From positions 18,228,001-18,292,000 of the forward strand of contig CM022679.1 of assembly GCA_012295275.1 (NCBI GenBank): 64,000 nt of DNA. The letters run 5' to 3'. Positions 1 to 13,538 of the stretch are shown here, in pieces (positions within the stretch are counted from its first letter, which is position 1; each line of letters starts with the position of its first letter). This DNA comes from Chrysomallon squamiferum (Eukaryota; Animalia; Mollusca). The notes under the pieces were generated by a model. It was given only the letters and a program-made list of their open reading frames with translations, had not been told where the DNA came from and searched no databases. Both the position numbers and the translations under genes were made by a program.

Positions 1-587
1 GATTCAGTGTTTTCATCCTTTTTATTTTTTGGCAATATTTTTATTCTATCTCTGACTGAAATTCTATAGTTAAAGATTTTGCTAAGTTTCATGAATTATT
101 TTTGTCATCAGGTGCTTTAAATTTGCTCAGAGCCTAATTTGCCATTTTTATTTTTATTCAGTGTTACATACTAATATGTTGTTATTTATGTATTTATAAA
201 AAGCATGGGTGATATTTGTTATGTGCCGTTAAAATAAATATCTTTGCAAACTGAAGATACCAATTTTATATCTCTACAGGTTCATTTGGTGAAAAATGCT
301 TGGTTAATAATCACCTTACTTTTATATTTTGTTTTTCTATCCCTCTTTTTTATCTGTTTCCATGAAAATACTAGTTACATAATAATTTTTTTCAGAACAA
401 AAAAATAATATATTACTACTGATTCATAGCTTTAAATTCTTAACATGCATTTAAAAACATTTTGTTTTTATAATAATAAACATTTACAGTATAATGTTTT
501 TCTTGGTTATTTATTGATTATCTATTTTTTAAACTTTTTTTTAATGTTTTTGTTTGAAATTTTCTTATATTATAATTTATATACATA

Positions 588-1398
588 CCGTATATACTTG
601 TGTACAAGGCGACCTTATGTATAAGTCGATGTGTATTTTAAGACCAAAAATTGTGTCATTTTAGGTATTACTTGTGTATAAGTCGACTGTAGATTCCAGG
701 CACCGTCACTATTTTTAGACCAGTGTGACAGTGCCATGAAGGCCTACATTGTACGCCTACTGTAACATAACTTGAATGAGCTGTAACTTGCACGAACATA
801 CCATAATAATGTAAATGCATGTATTACACGAGCTATAGCCTAAATGTATCATATATAGTATCTCTTTAATGTAATAGGTCTAACATGGAAACCTAACTTA
901 GCGTTATATTTAGCCGTTCTATGATTTACAAAATTTGTTGGTAGTGGATATTAATGACGATTGCAATATTATTTCACCAAATTCTTTACAATTAAACAAG
1001 TGAATTTTGTTTATGAAATTAGGACCGATATTTAGTGCAATTTGGCAGAGAAGTCTGCATTCCTAGATCATTGCAAGACGCCGTAAGGCATAACGCCGTA
1101 CTGACGGTTTTCTCGCTTTAAGATGCATTTTTATGTCATTAAATGGAAGAATATCATGTTTTACATTCATATTTGGTTTTGTTATATAATCTTTCAAAAA
1201 AAAATTTTTATACGATAAAATTATATTTTTGAAAAGCTGAAAGACCGCGATTATTTTAGATGCATCCCATAGCAAAAAATAGTCAAAATGGTGACTCTTC
1301 AGCAACAGCTACAAAAGCATTACCTATGTATAAGTCGACCCCAAAATATTACCTTAATATAGTCTCCCAAAAATTCGACTATACACAAGTATATACAG
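588..1398. mobile_element. Non-autonomous Tc1/mariner-superfamily (Tc2-like) MITE in an intron
   Basis: Imperfect terminal inverted repeats: CCGTATATACTTGTGTACAAGGCGA at 588 and reverse complement CTGTATATACTTGTGTATAGTCGAA ending at 1398. TA flanks both ends (586-587, 1399-1400). The subterminal motif TGTATAAGTCGA recurs near 618, 675 and 1327. CpG-richer than the flanks. The family call comes from the terminus pattern only. Confidence 0.8.
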
Positions 1399-2073
1399 TA
1401 ATTGTGGCAGAATATTAATATTATTTATAATAAACATTGTATATTAACATTTTAATTTTAATGTCTTCATGTTGATGTTTTCTTTTTTGTGGATTATTTC
1501 ATTTTCATCTGATTGATTATATACATACATTGTGTATTTTTACCATCTGACAGGTAGATTCATAATATATAAATTCTTCATAACTAAAGATAATACCAAT
1601 TAAAATTAAACAAAGTCTGAAAAGAAATATTTTTAAATGACTGACACCCAGCATTCTTGTGTGTTGCCATGTAATTGGATATATGTTCATTTAAAACAAG
1701 TACATTTAAAGGGTTCTTAATAACATAGATTTATTAAGATAATTTCTTTTTCTTCTTATCTTGCTTATTTCATTTCTTGCATGGCCCTCAGCGTTTTTAT
1801 TTTTGTTTGATAATACATTAAAATTCAGGTCTGTCAGATGGTGATTTAATGTTGGATAATGCAGCCTTGGGGTCATCTTGTTTAACTGGACCAAACAATA
1901 TATTACCAGACAGTTATTAATGTCAGTATCACATGCTGTCAGAAAATCAGTTACAAAATATTTGAAATCAATTAAATGAAAAGAAATCTATAAAAACAAT
2001 TACACGTACTAAAAACAGAAAATTGTTTATTATATTTAACAATATCTGCTTGATGACATTTTATAATTTAGAG

Positions 2074-2290
2074 CTTTGGTTCTCAAACTTTTTGAAGTCG
2101 GGGCACACTTGAAGCCTTATAAAAAATTGTGGGCACACTACACACAAAATGCTAAGAATATTTTAATGCTGAAGTCTGGATATAATATACTATAAATCAA
2201 TTTTTTATCATCACAAATATCTACCTTGATCCTAAAATTTCGTGGGGCACACCTAAGCATGTCTTCGGGTACACCCTTTGAGAATCACTG
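2074..2290. mobile_element. hAT (Charlie-like) MITE
   Basis: Termini CTTTGGTTCTCAAA and TTTGAGAATCACTG match a CAGTGGTTCTCAAA-type TIR. Degenerate 8-bp target-site duplication ATTTAGAG/ATCTACAG. Internal repeated GGGCACAC motifs. Confidence 0.7.
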
Positions 2291-2964
2291 ATCTACAGCC
2301 ACAATGCAGAATCATCACAAACTGTCTTAAGTGACAAACTGACTATCGTATTTTCATATAACAAATTAACTCTTTTGTTTTATTTTGTTTTCCTTGCCTA
2401 ACACTAATTCAGTACTACCTTTGCAATTTGTGTCAGTGTTTATATTTTATAATATAAATACTTACATAAATTACAAAGCTAGTATTGAATCAGTGTTAAG
2501 ACAATGGAACAGAAATGTGCAGTTTCTACATTTTATATATTATACTGTGAATTAAAATTTCATTTATTGGACATTTAAGAAAGAGTAGCCCACCTCTGAT
2601 CTAATCAATTCTAAGAAATCTACTTTCATTTTATGTAATATTATTTCTCACAGAGCAGGCTACACTCATTCTTATGCAGTATCATGAGTATGAATAATAG
2701 AAATGATTACAGTAGGAAATAAATGAACCCAAAATAGCTGATTCATCAATGAGCATTGGTTATCATACTGTAATTACAGTAAGATGATGTATTAATAAAC
2801 AAAAATGGTACAGATATAATGAAATATTTTAAATATTGTCAATACATTTCATTTTACTTTTGTATGGTTGTTTCATGTTCTGAACAACAATTAGTAATAA
2901 TAAAGTAATAAAAGCATTACATAAGTTTTTACATTGCAATAATATATTTTGTGTTCAATTTCAG

Positions 2965-3303
2965 ATTTTAACTATTGCAGTATTGTCCATCCTTATTACA
3001 GCTCCAGTTGGTTCAGCACTTGTGGCTTTGTTTGGTCCCAAATTGCTTGCTAAATTAGATGATCTTGATGGCAAATCACAACAAGTGAAAATTAATTCTC
3101 ATGAAAATCCATCCATAACGATAGAAGATGAATTTCCAAACGATAATTTTCAAAATGCTGATTCTCCAAGTGACAAAAAGAAGAAAGAAAATGATTGCTC
3201 AGAAATACCTATTGAAAATATCCCAGTAGAAAACACAAATGGCTGTGAAAATTTGAAAAGTGGAAAGAAAAATTCAGAGGATGACCTTATTATACGACTA
3301 TGA
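2965..3303 (+). CDS. SLC9B2: Last coding exon of an SLC9B/NHA-family Na+/H+ antiporter (upstream exons lie outside the window)
   Basis: Acceptor ttcaatttcAG at 2963-2964, then ILTIAVLSILITAPVGSALVALFGPKLL, the last transmembrane helix of the SLC9B family, followed by an acidic tail and TGA. The paralog assignment is not resolvable. Confidence 0.85.
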   Translation: MLTIAVLSILITAPVGSALVALFGPKLLAKLDDLDGKSQQVKINSHENPSITIEDEFPNDNFQNADSPSDKKKKENDCSEIPIENIPVENTNGCENLKSGKKNSEDDLIIRL

Positions 3304-6300
3304 CAGGAAGATGTTGAGTCTAGAAGCATAATGTTGTAATCTTTTAGAAATTGAAACAAATTTTTTTTATTATTATTGTTTTTGCTTGTTTGTTTTTGTT
3401 TTTTTTATACATCCAAGAATAAAGAAATTTACATTTAATATAGAAATCCATTATATATACATCAGTGACAAACAAGAAAAATAGTCATTATCAGTTTCTA
3501 ATGTGGTATTTTATACAGTAATTATTAGTTGTATGATTGTATTTACAAGAAATTAGGTATGTGTGAAATGCTTTTTATATATATATATCAATTTTATTAA
3601 TAACAGTATGATGCAGTAACATAATTTTTTTTTCTTTTTAGAAAGTTACTTATTTATTTATTTCAATTCTGTTGATATTTGTAACAATATAAAGGTTAGG
3701 ATGGCTAAATTCACAATTCTGTATATACACATAACTATAATAAATAAAATACATTTATATACAATAAAACCCATTTATATTATTCTAATGATCAGTTAGT
3801 GGTGATTTTTATACAGTATTTCAGAAATCCATTATTATATTCTTTATATCTCTTTTAATAATAAGATCTATACTTGGTGTAAATTATATCTTCAATTAAT
3901 ATTCTTAATGAAAATTTACAGCATAATAATTGATTTAATAAATCAAAAATGCATTATTTGTTGAGAGTATTTATCATTTTACATTACAATATTTTACAGT
4001 TAAAAAAAAAAAAAAACCTTTCCATCCAGATTGATATGGTATTTGATCATACTGAATTAACATACTCATAAATACTTTTTAATATTGTAATATTTCCATA
4101 TATATATATGTATAGATTAATGCTATTTTTTTGTGAATAACTTAGATATTTGAAATTAATGTGGCTTTTAAAATTCATTTGGATATTATATCTGCCAGTA
4201 TAAACAGAAATAACAAAATCTATCTAAACATCACTAATTACTCATTAATAATATTATTTCATGCTTTTAAATTATTTCTGGTTTAATTTATGCATGTAAA
4301 GCAGTTGAATTTTTTACCATTTATTTTCCTTGCATTTTTAACTTATTTTACTATAACTTTAGTCAAATAGATTAATGTTATTTACTTTTTGATCAGAATC
4401 ATTTGAATGTTGTTTTGTTTTTAATTTTTACAAGCTTGAAAAAACAGAACTGTCTTATATACTGATACATTGAATAATAGTTTACTGCAATACTGGTGTC
4501 AAAGCAATGACAATATTCTTTTCCTTTTTTATATTTTATATTATTGTTTAAAGATCTGTTGTTCCATAATTCAGGAGTTTACTAATGCTATTGTACTGTG
4601 AACAGTTCTAATTGTAATTTGAATGTAGCTCAGCTGTTGTTGGATCAGCTGGTCTTTATTGCACTCAGTGAACTATTATAATGATTCATATGTGTAAAGG
4701 GCACATTTTTTGAGATAAGTTGATTTCATTTTTTTATTAATTTTATTTGTAGATAAATACTGGAAGGTTTAAAATCATCACTCTTAATGTGAATTGTTAT
4801 TGGTGGTGTTTTACAGTAGCCCACAATCACCAAGGGATTTAAAAAAAATAATAAATGTTTAGATTTTTTATAATGTCTCAAAACAATTAATCATTACATG
4901 GCATTTGATTTTTAAAGACCTAGGTGACTTTGGGACACTTGGTTTCTTTTAAAATAACTCTTGCCAGTGACAAGTATCCCGATGCTGCTCTAATAAATTT
5001 TATTTATTATGTAAATATAATAAATAGTACAGTAGCAGTTCTTGGAATTGTGTTTATTAGTTAAGCTTTACATAATTAAATTGTTCAAAATAAATAAATA
5101 AATAATGTTAATATTCAATTTGTATTACATTTGAGCAATACAGAATCAGAAATGATATCACTATCAACTGATAGTTCGTCTTTTAACAACGTATAATATT
5201 TTAATTTTTGCATTGTGCAACAGCTGTGTTTAGCAGTGCTAATGCATATATATATATTTCTTTTTTCAATTTATCATTAACATTATTACTATTATTATTT
5301 CATATTTTTATTTATTATTTTTTTTTGTCAAATAAAGATGTATTCTATACCAGTTAAAAAAAAAATTATTCCCAAATGTAAAGCAAACTTTTTGAAGACA
5401 GTGTAAAAGATATCACATTTCAGTTTTTAATAATCCATTTTCCATGTATCAGTATTTCGGTGTTTTTTTGTCACCCAAAACTTATTTTAAGACATATCTT
5501 TATCAAATCTGCATTATCTATTCAATAAAGTGTTCTTTTTTATGAAGGCCTTAATAGAGGTAGACTTACTAAGTTAAATATTATGTTTTAGATCTGTTTC
5601 AACTGATAGACGAAAATGAATAGGTAATTTTTCTATTATTTTGATATTGACAACTGCAGACGACCATATAGGGCACTTCACGTCAAATGGCTAATAAACA
5701 ATAAATACAGGGCTAATTTGTAAAATACAAGACAGTATGTGAAAGAAGATAGGCCTAAATGTTCTATTTAAATAATTTAATCTATTCAGCATAATTGACT
5801 GTTTTTGTTTTTAATGATTTTTTCTAATATTGAGTCTTGTTTCGCTTTATTTTCAGATTTTCAATTCCCCTTACAAAATAAACTGATATTTGATCTGATT
5901 TTAATTTAAAAGGACAGTAAATTAGCGCAAGAGGTTGGGAATTCACTGTTGCTGGTGGTGGTGGAGAGGGGACAATTTTTTTTTTAAAAATTAACAAAGG
6001 CCCCTAGCAACCTTTAGCTTGAGTGTAATCAGCAGTATATATTTATATATATTTCTACATTATATAGGTTATAATAAAAGTATGACAAATATTTAGCTTT
6101 GTGTTCAGAGAAACAATTTAGATTTATGCAGAAGAGTTAATGCATTCAGAATTATGATACCAACATTAAATTTAATAAAATGTTTTTTCAAATCTTGGTT
6201 GGACTTGTGTATACTTTATAGTTGCCCTGTTGCCCGAGGCGAGACAAACTAGTGTCAGGCAAATCAAAACCGTATCATGTGTCATATACTTGGTGACTGA

Positions 6301-6426
6301 AAAATTCAGCAAGAAACTGGGAACTCATTTTTTAATTCATTGGTTTTTACTCATTCCTATTAGGACATAGGACATAACAGCGACCACTTCTCTAATCTAA
6401 CAGTTTGAAAATATTCAGAACATCTT

Positions 6427-8134
6427 GGCAAACGGACAATTCCCCACTCAGACAATTCCACACTTAGACCAGAATTAGTATTTTTAATTCAGTTTTAAAT
6501 CTTACACAATGGCCAATGCTGTTAAGTACGTCTGGGACAGTCTTGCTGTTGTCATGCCTGTCAATGCAAAGTTTGTACAGCTTTTGACTGGATTTTGTGG
6601 GTATATTGTCTTGCACGCTTTGCTGGTGGCTCACCACGCAGGTCATGTAGTAGGGCAGTGGCAACCTGGGCCTGATCTTTTTGGATGCTATCAATGGCTC
6701 TCCAAATGGTAGGGTATGCATGTCCAACTAGCTTTGCAAAGGCACTGTTCCATTCTTCCATATGTCACTGGTTCTTGATCCACTTCAAGAGTAAGGGAAT
6801 TGACAGTCTATATCAGTGGTGGGTACATAGGAGACATACAATGCATCCTAAGTGGAGGGATAGATGCATCTGGAACTTGTGGGGGCTGAATATGAATGGA
6901 AGGCTCCAGATATATAGGTGTTGTCAAAGTAGTCCAGGAGAGGTTTGAGTCCTTCCGGTGTGTGCACCTGTAGATAAGTCATACTCCTCAGCAACATCAT
7001 CCACTGGTATGCCACAGAAGAGTTTCTTCTCTACATCACTGTACAATACCAAGAGTCTGGATCTTTCTCCATGTGACCTGTGTTAGGTGATAGAAGCAGC
7101 CATGTATGTTGACTTGGGGTGATGTCACACCATTAATCACAGCTTGCTCAACGTCAAGGATGATGGTTGTGGGTTCAGCCTGGAAACCAAGCTCTGTACA
7201 TCTGTCTTGTATGGTAGTGAACAGTTCTTTGTAGATGGATTGATGCTTATTCAACAGGAACTCATACACACAGGTCCAGCCAACTCTCCTAATGGTATGC
7301 GGATCATATACAGCTGAGTGAACAATAGTGGTGCAACATTTAATGTTCTGTCCATGTACCAGGAGTCAGAACTAGCGAAGTGATGCAGGACATTGTTAGT
7401 AGCAAACACTAACATCCTATGAGAAGAATCAACCACACTGTCATGGATGAAGAACTGTTCCTTGTCACTAGTAACTGTCCACTCCTCATCAAGTGTGAGA
7501 TCATGAATACATAGTTAAATAAATATGTTAGAAAGCCACATGCCTGTCCTGTAGTGTAAAACTGATCTCTCTCAACCAAAATGTGATCTCTGCTTTTATT
7601 GCCTAGGAAAGACCACACAGGGGGTCTCTTAACATATCTTCCCTGGGAGTGGTGCCGAGACTGTATGGAACTTTAGTAGACATGCAGGCACCAGTGGGTC
7701 CCCCAAAACAATAACTCACCATAGCTTATATAATTTTTAAGGAAATCTAACATCGATCATGTATTAAACAGGAGACTACTGTCTCTGTCACACATAGCTT
7801 ATATAATTCTTAAGGGTTACATATTAAAGAGAAGACTTTTGTCTCTGTCACAGTGTAATGAGAACTATCTATCTGAGAATAAGTGATGAACCACATGTGC
7901 TGGCCCCCTTGTAAAGATTTCATCTTGTGTGCAATTGGAAAATAGAAGCCACCTTCGTGTAGCCTCTGTGCACAAAGATCAACCAGTGTAATGAAGGATC
8001 ATCCTCCTAAGTGCAATCAAAGAATAATTTGATAAACATGTAAAAGATACTTTTGAAAAATTAAGAGTGGTGAATTGTTCAAAATTGTCATTATGTTATG
8101 GGGAATTGTCCAAGAGGGTTATTGTCCTGGCACC
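6427..8134 (-). mobile_element. Decayed MULE/Mutator DNA transposon with a frameshifted transposase
   Basis: Collinear minus-strand fragments in different frames: RMLVFAT..SDSWYMDRTLNVAPLLFTQLY, PTTIILDVEQAVIN..NIHGCFYHLTQVTWRKIQ and WNSAFAKLVGHAYPTIWRAID. These correspond to the MULE W-x-x-DGTF, DFE and GCxFH motifs. GGACAATTCCCC motifs at ~6434 and the inverted GGGGAATTGTCC at ~8100 mark probable ends. No clear TSD. Confidence 0.85.
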
Positions 8135-9058
8135 TGTAATTACATTTCAGCCATAAAAGCACGTTATTCATTATTAGACCAAACCCTGGTAAAACATTCC
8201 AGATGGTTGATTGGGTGGGTGCCTTGACAACATAATAATAATTTAATTTTAATAAAACTAAAACAATTTCCAGTTCCTTCATTTGTGTTGTTAAAACAAT
8301 TTTTATAACATGCTTTTAAAGTGTGATTTAAGTTTAAAAAAAAGAAAGGAAATTTTTTAAAAAGAATGACATTTGGCCATATCATGATACAATTTAGTAC
8401 AAGTAATAATAAATGTATTAAACAAAACACAAATGCTTAAAATATATTACTTTCACTGCAGCAAAAATACACTTATCTTTATATTACAGTTAACTCTATC
8501 ATGCATACAATTAATATTTATTTTCTTTGAAAACTATTGCTATTATAAATGGTCTGTTTTGAATCTTTGCACTTTCCTTTATATCCATAAAACAAGCTCA
8601 ATAAAAATAATCTAAATGGTTGCATAAGATCAGATTCTGTATCGTATTCGTAATGAATAACTGTAAACTGTTTATACAGTTCCTAACAGCTTTTTTATTT
8701 GTTACTATGCATAGCAAAATGTCAGACATTTTAACCATTGTAATGGGGTGGGGGGTGAGCAAGACAAGCAGATCTTGTGAGACCAGTAGGTTGATATAAT
8801 ATATAAATGTTATAATATATCATTGTCTACGGAATAAACAAACAAGACAGGGTAACTCTGGTAGGAGGACAAATGATCTGGTTCATAAAACAAATCACAA
8901 GCAATTAACTTCAGTAGGCATTCTGTCCTCTTTTGTAGTCAAACATCAACCTCTAGCTAACACCAGATTAATGGGTGTGATTTCATGTTTATCTGTTTCT
9001 GGTACTTGGACACCTGGCATTACTAATACTAATACCCTACTAATCTGTCTATAATCAT

Positions 9059-9101
9059 TTCTACCACATATGTTAATTAACAATTAACATATGTGGTAGA
9101 A
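9059..9101. repeat. Perfect inverted repeat with 20-bp arms and a 3-nt loop
   Basis: TTCTACCACATATGTTAATT-AAC-AATTAACATATGTGGTAGAA. Confidence 0.95.
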
Positions 9102-9788
9102 TAAACATAAATATAAAACATATGCAATTTTGCAAGTAGTGATATCAGTAACACCCCCAGGACCAGTGTTGCCACCTGAACTGAAATAATATGTATCAGC
9201 TGTTTAAATTATTATAAATTGAAACCAGTTACTTAAACTTATGCCATAGATTTTAATTAACTGTGTGCTAGCATATTCAAAATAAATGAAAGTGCACAAA
9301 TAAAATATATTTATTGTCTCATCTTTAATATCTATATCTTAATTATCCCTTTTTAATAGACATTAAAATGAAAGCAATAAACCTAAATTAATTACAGATC
9401 AGTAGCACATATGTGAAACCAAATATAAAAAAACTTACCTTCACTAGCAATTGTTTAAGGTCCTTCAACATCAAGTCCAGACATTTTAATATATCTTGGT
9501 AGCACTTACTCCCCACTAATTTCTTTAAAACATTGTATAATCTGATCTTTATGGAATAGGAAGCAATGGCTATTATTTTTTTATTCTACAGTTCCCAACT
9601 TAAAATGTTGCCAGCCTGGGCAACACAAAAACATTTAATAATAATTTTAATTTACATAATAAAATCTGTGATATGTCTCTGTCTCACACACATTTTTATG
9701 GATGCCTCATAAACCACTCCAGATGATTCAACCAGGAAAAAACAAACACACAAACATTAAAAACCTGGCCTGACGAAGTTTTAATTAA

Positions 9789-9994
9789 AATATGGAAAAC
9801 TTCTGGAGTTACATTATGAAAAAACATTGAAAAATTGTGCCTTATCCCACCAGTTTACTTGATTTTTCTAAATCCTTATAAAATAAATATCAATATGGAA
9901 AACTTCTGGAGTTACATTATGAAAAAACATTGAAAAATTGTGCCTTTTCCCACCAGTTTACTTGATTTTTCTAAATCCTTATAAAATAAATATC
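9789..9994. repeat. Tandem duplication, 2 x 103 bp
   Basis: The unit AATATGGAAAACTTCTGGAG...ATAAATATC starts at 9789 and again at 9892. One visible mismatch (CTTATCCC vs CTTTTCCC). Confidence 0.95.
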
Positions 9995-12481
9995 AATAGC
10001 TTATGTAACAGCAAATGCAGAATTGTATACTGAACAAAATAATCCAGTCTGTATATTTCTAGGGAAAAGTGGTTGAAAATTATAATCATTTTACTGATAT
10101 CTATAAAGATGGCTACAAAATAGCTCAAAACATACTAATTGGAAATGTTTGTCTGATTTTGGGAATTTCAGACAATGGACTAACTAAAAATCCACATTAA
10201 ATGTTTTCACTAGTTTGGTACCCACATTCACCTAACTATTGGACTATGCAGTCTGTTGTTTAAAAAACTGTAGTAAAGTTTTAATAATGTTACCTTAACA
10301 TTAGGAAGACCAGGACTGGTTCTCTACATTTTACATTTTTGGACTCTGGTTTAGATCTAACAATAAAGATATATACAATAGAATGAAAAAGATATAGTTT
10401 AACAGCATAGACAAACACTAAAGATATAGAACGAAAATGACTAAGTCAATGTCAGCTAGGCCCATTAAATAAACAGTTAGCTCTTATAATCTGTATTGTA
10501 GTTCAAAGGAGTCTGTGCATAATGCCAGTAATTTAGAAACTTTTCTCTTCTACATGGCTGTTCAAGTGCAGCAAAATATTCAGTTTTCAATCATTTATTT
10601 ATGTAATATTCAAAAAGTGCCATTTCTTTACATGGCTTATTTCTTTTAACAGTTTTCTAGAAGTCCAAATAGTTTTTATTACTTTACTCCTGAGAAAAAT
10701 TCCTAAATTCAACACATTATTGCCAATTTCATAACTTTGTAGAGATTCAATTTAAATGTATTGGCTTTGGTTAATTTACCACATTTGTTACTGTCTGCTG
10801 AAATCCCCTAATTAAAAGTACATGAAACAAAATATACTGACATCACCTAACACGTGCATCCTTTAAATAATGATAATATTTAAACAAACAAAAAAATTAA
10901 ATTAAATAAAAAATAAAAATAAACAACAACAAAATAACATCTATTAATGATATTTCACAATCTTAAAATTTAATAAACAAATAAAAAATAAATAATTTGA
11001 AACATAAAAAGTACGTTTATAAATTTTTGATTGCCCAGAATAGTTCAGCTAAAAAATATTTGGCAAACATAAAACATACCTGAAATAAGTATTTATAGTT
11101 TTAACAGCAGTCTTATCATAAATAAGCTTCCAGGTCTGACTAGCAACATGTTTTTAACATTGTCCATAACAATAATCATTAGATATAATTAAAAATGTCA
11201 AGGATTAGAATATCAGCAATTATAATACCAATTTTATGAATTTTTATTTATTTTAAACTTCTACAATCATATTTAATTATTATTATTTTAAAGTTATTAA
11301 TATTTTCAATTATTCACATAAAGTATTTGCAGAGAATTCTTATTGCAGATATTTCCTAACTATGGCATAGACAGTTTCTCATTCCTAATATAATAGAGTT
11401 TGATCTTCACTAATGAATCTATCTGTAATTTCAATTTCCATTGCCACTGCACCTTACTACTGCACATTGTTTTGATTGCACTAGATGTTTTTACATGTTG
11501 GTGCACTCTATAAGACACAGGCAGGCAGTTCCTGTTTATTTTTCTGTATTTATTACTATCTTACTTAGCTGTGAAATTAAAGCACTGTACATTATCCATT
11601 CAACAAAAAGAAGAAAAAAAAACATACAAAAAAACAACATTAGTCTACTTAGTTTATTAAAATTTACTTGTTCTTCCTTTAATGTTTCTTTTCCTGCATA
11701 TTTATTTTAATACTGTGATAAGTCAGTTATTACCTATAAGTGATCGTTTTGTGATCTGGTATTTTCACTGCCTCTTTACAGAAAGCTCCTGTATATATAC
11801 GTCTTAATTGTGTTATGTAGGTACTAAAATAATTTAATATTATTTCAATTTTTTTCTTCCACTATCTTTCAAAATAAGAAATATGAAAGTAAAAATTTAC
11901 TAATATATCATGAAAAAAAGGTAGATATGTATTTCTAGTGAGATAGGGAAGAAGAGAAGTTTAATAGATTATTAACTGTTGATCATATTCCAAAATATAA
12001 AGACATTTTCTTAATTTAAAGCTGTTATGCATATTTCAAAAATAATTTTATATGTATGTGTGACTACAAAAAAGTTGGATTGTAAAGCACAGAATTAATT
12101 ACCATAAAAAGTGCTATTTTTGCATTGTATTTGATAAACTGAGATTTTTCTGTGTAAAGTTATTTTTAAAGTGTATAAACACACACCACACACACAGAGA
12201 TGAACACATAATTTTTTTTTTTTTTTCACCTTTTGGATATTTATTTGTATTAGTATTTATTTTTTATTTGTTGCTTTTTACAGAGAGAAGATAATCCTAA
12301 ACCAAAAGTTATCTATGAATATTATTATCACAGCCATTGTGATACCTGTTCTGGAGCATTGGTTGCAATGAAAAAAACTGTGAGGTGGGACTGAACTTAA
12401 TTATAACTATCACATACCTGTCACATTAACCATCAGGTTTTATTATGTTCACCACTGTTATGCAATTTTTTAAAATAACAA

Positions 12482-13002
12482 TTATATATTTCTGAAATAC
12501 ACGTTACCTTTGTCCTTCATGTTTGCTTGATTCTCTTTGAATCGTACAAACAGATACATCAAGCTTCCACTCAAGTTTAAACTCAGTCCAAGATATGTTG
12601 CTGCATTATGACTAATTCCTTCAAATGTAAATATACCAAGAAATGTCTGAGCCATTGCTTTCATACCTCCAACAATGCTTGTTGTAAGAGCTGATGTTAA
12701 ACCAGTGCAGAGAAATAGTGAATAATTTAAAAGGCTTCCCATGGAAATGGTTAAAATAAATGCAAAAATAAAGTATGGATCTCTGTACTGACTGTACTGC
12801 CAAACAGTGATGACCTCTCTGTTGATGAAAGCAGCAATAGCCAGTAATGGTAAATTATTGAAACTGTTCAACTGCAAAGTTTCAACAGTTGACTGGTTTT
12901 CCATTGAGTACTTCTGAACAAGCAGCAGATACAGTGTCTGTGTGACATTGCTTACTGCACCAGAAAGATAGGCCGACCAAACAAAAGAGAGATCACCATA
13001 AA
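12482..13002 (-). CDS. SLC35D-family nucleotide-sugar transporter, last coding exon
   Basis: Acceptor tgtttcAG at 13003-13004, phase 1. Translation (V)YGDLSFVWSAYLSGAVSNVTQTLYLLLVQK...LLNYSLFLCTGLTSALTTSIVGGMK...FRNI* carries the SLC35D hallmarks GDLSF and LNYSLFLCT..SALTT. Confidence 0.92.
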
Positions 13003-13538
13003 CTGAAACAAATTAAATTAAATTCAAATAGACCCAAATATATGTAATATTTATGTGCATAAATTTGCATAAATTACACTTTGTTCAGCCTTCTCATAAA
13101 GGCCAAAACACAAGGACATTTGAAAAAAAAAAAAAAAAATCTATTACATTTGTATTGATATAATTTATCAATTGACTTATTCATTCTTAAAACAACAACA
13201 TGATGGAAACATATATAGTGTAGTACATTGTCAGGGGTACAGTTAATATTACTTCAGAAGGAGAGAAAACAAATTTAGAAATCAAAACAGTCTCCTTACT
13301 CCTGTTACTACAGTTATATTAAATCTGATAAAATTATATAACATAACAAGACTGTAATCTTTTTAACTGAACATAGATAATTTTTCACAATAAAATACTG
13401 AAATCTAAAATAGGCTTTTGCTCATGTTCATTATCTTAAAAATATTTTCCATTTAACAGTTACTAGGACATGTCTGAAAAAGAAAAAAAAAAAAAAAAAA
13501 CCTTACAAAAATCTCCACAACAAGAATGAATGATGTAC

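Noticed and set aside
1063-1305. 80-aa ORF inside the 588-1398 MITE as a possible transposase
   Set aside because: It has no HTH or DDE motif, and the element is too short to be autonomous.
12330-12440. SINE-like relic in the SLC35 3' UTR, with a similar stretch near 47720
   Set aside because: Too degenerate to define ends or pol III boxes by eye.
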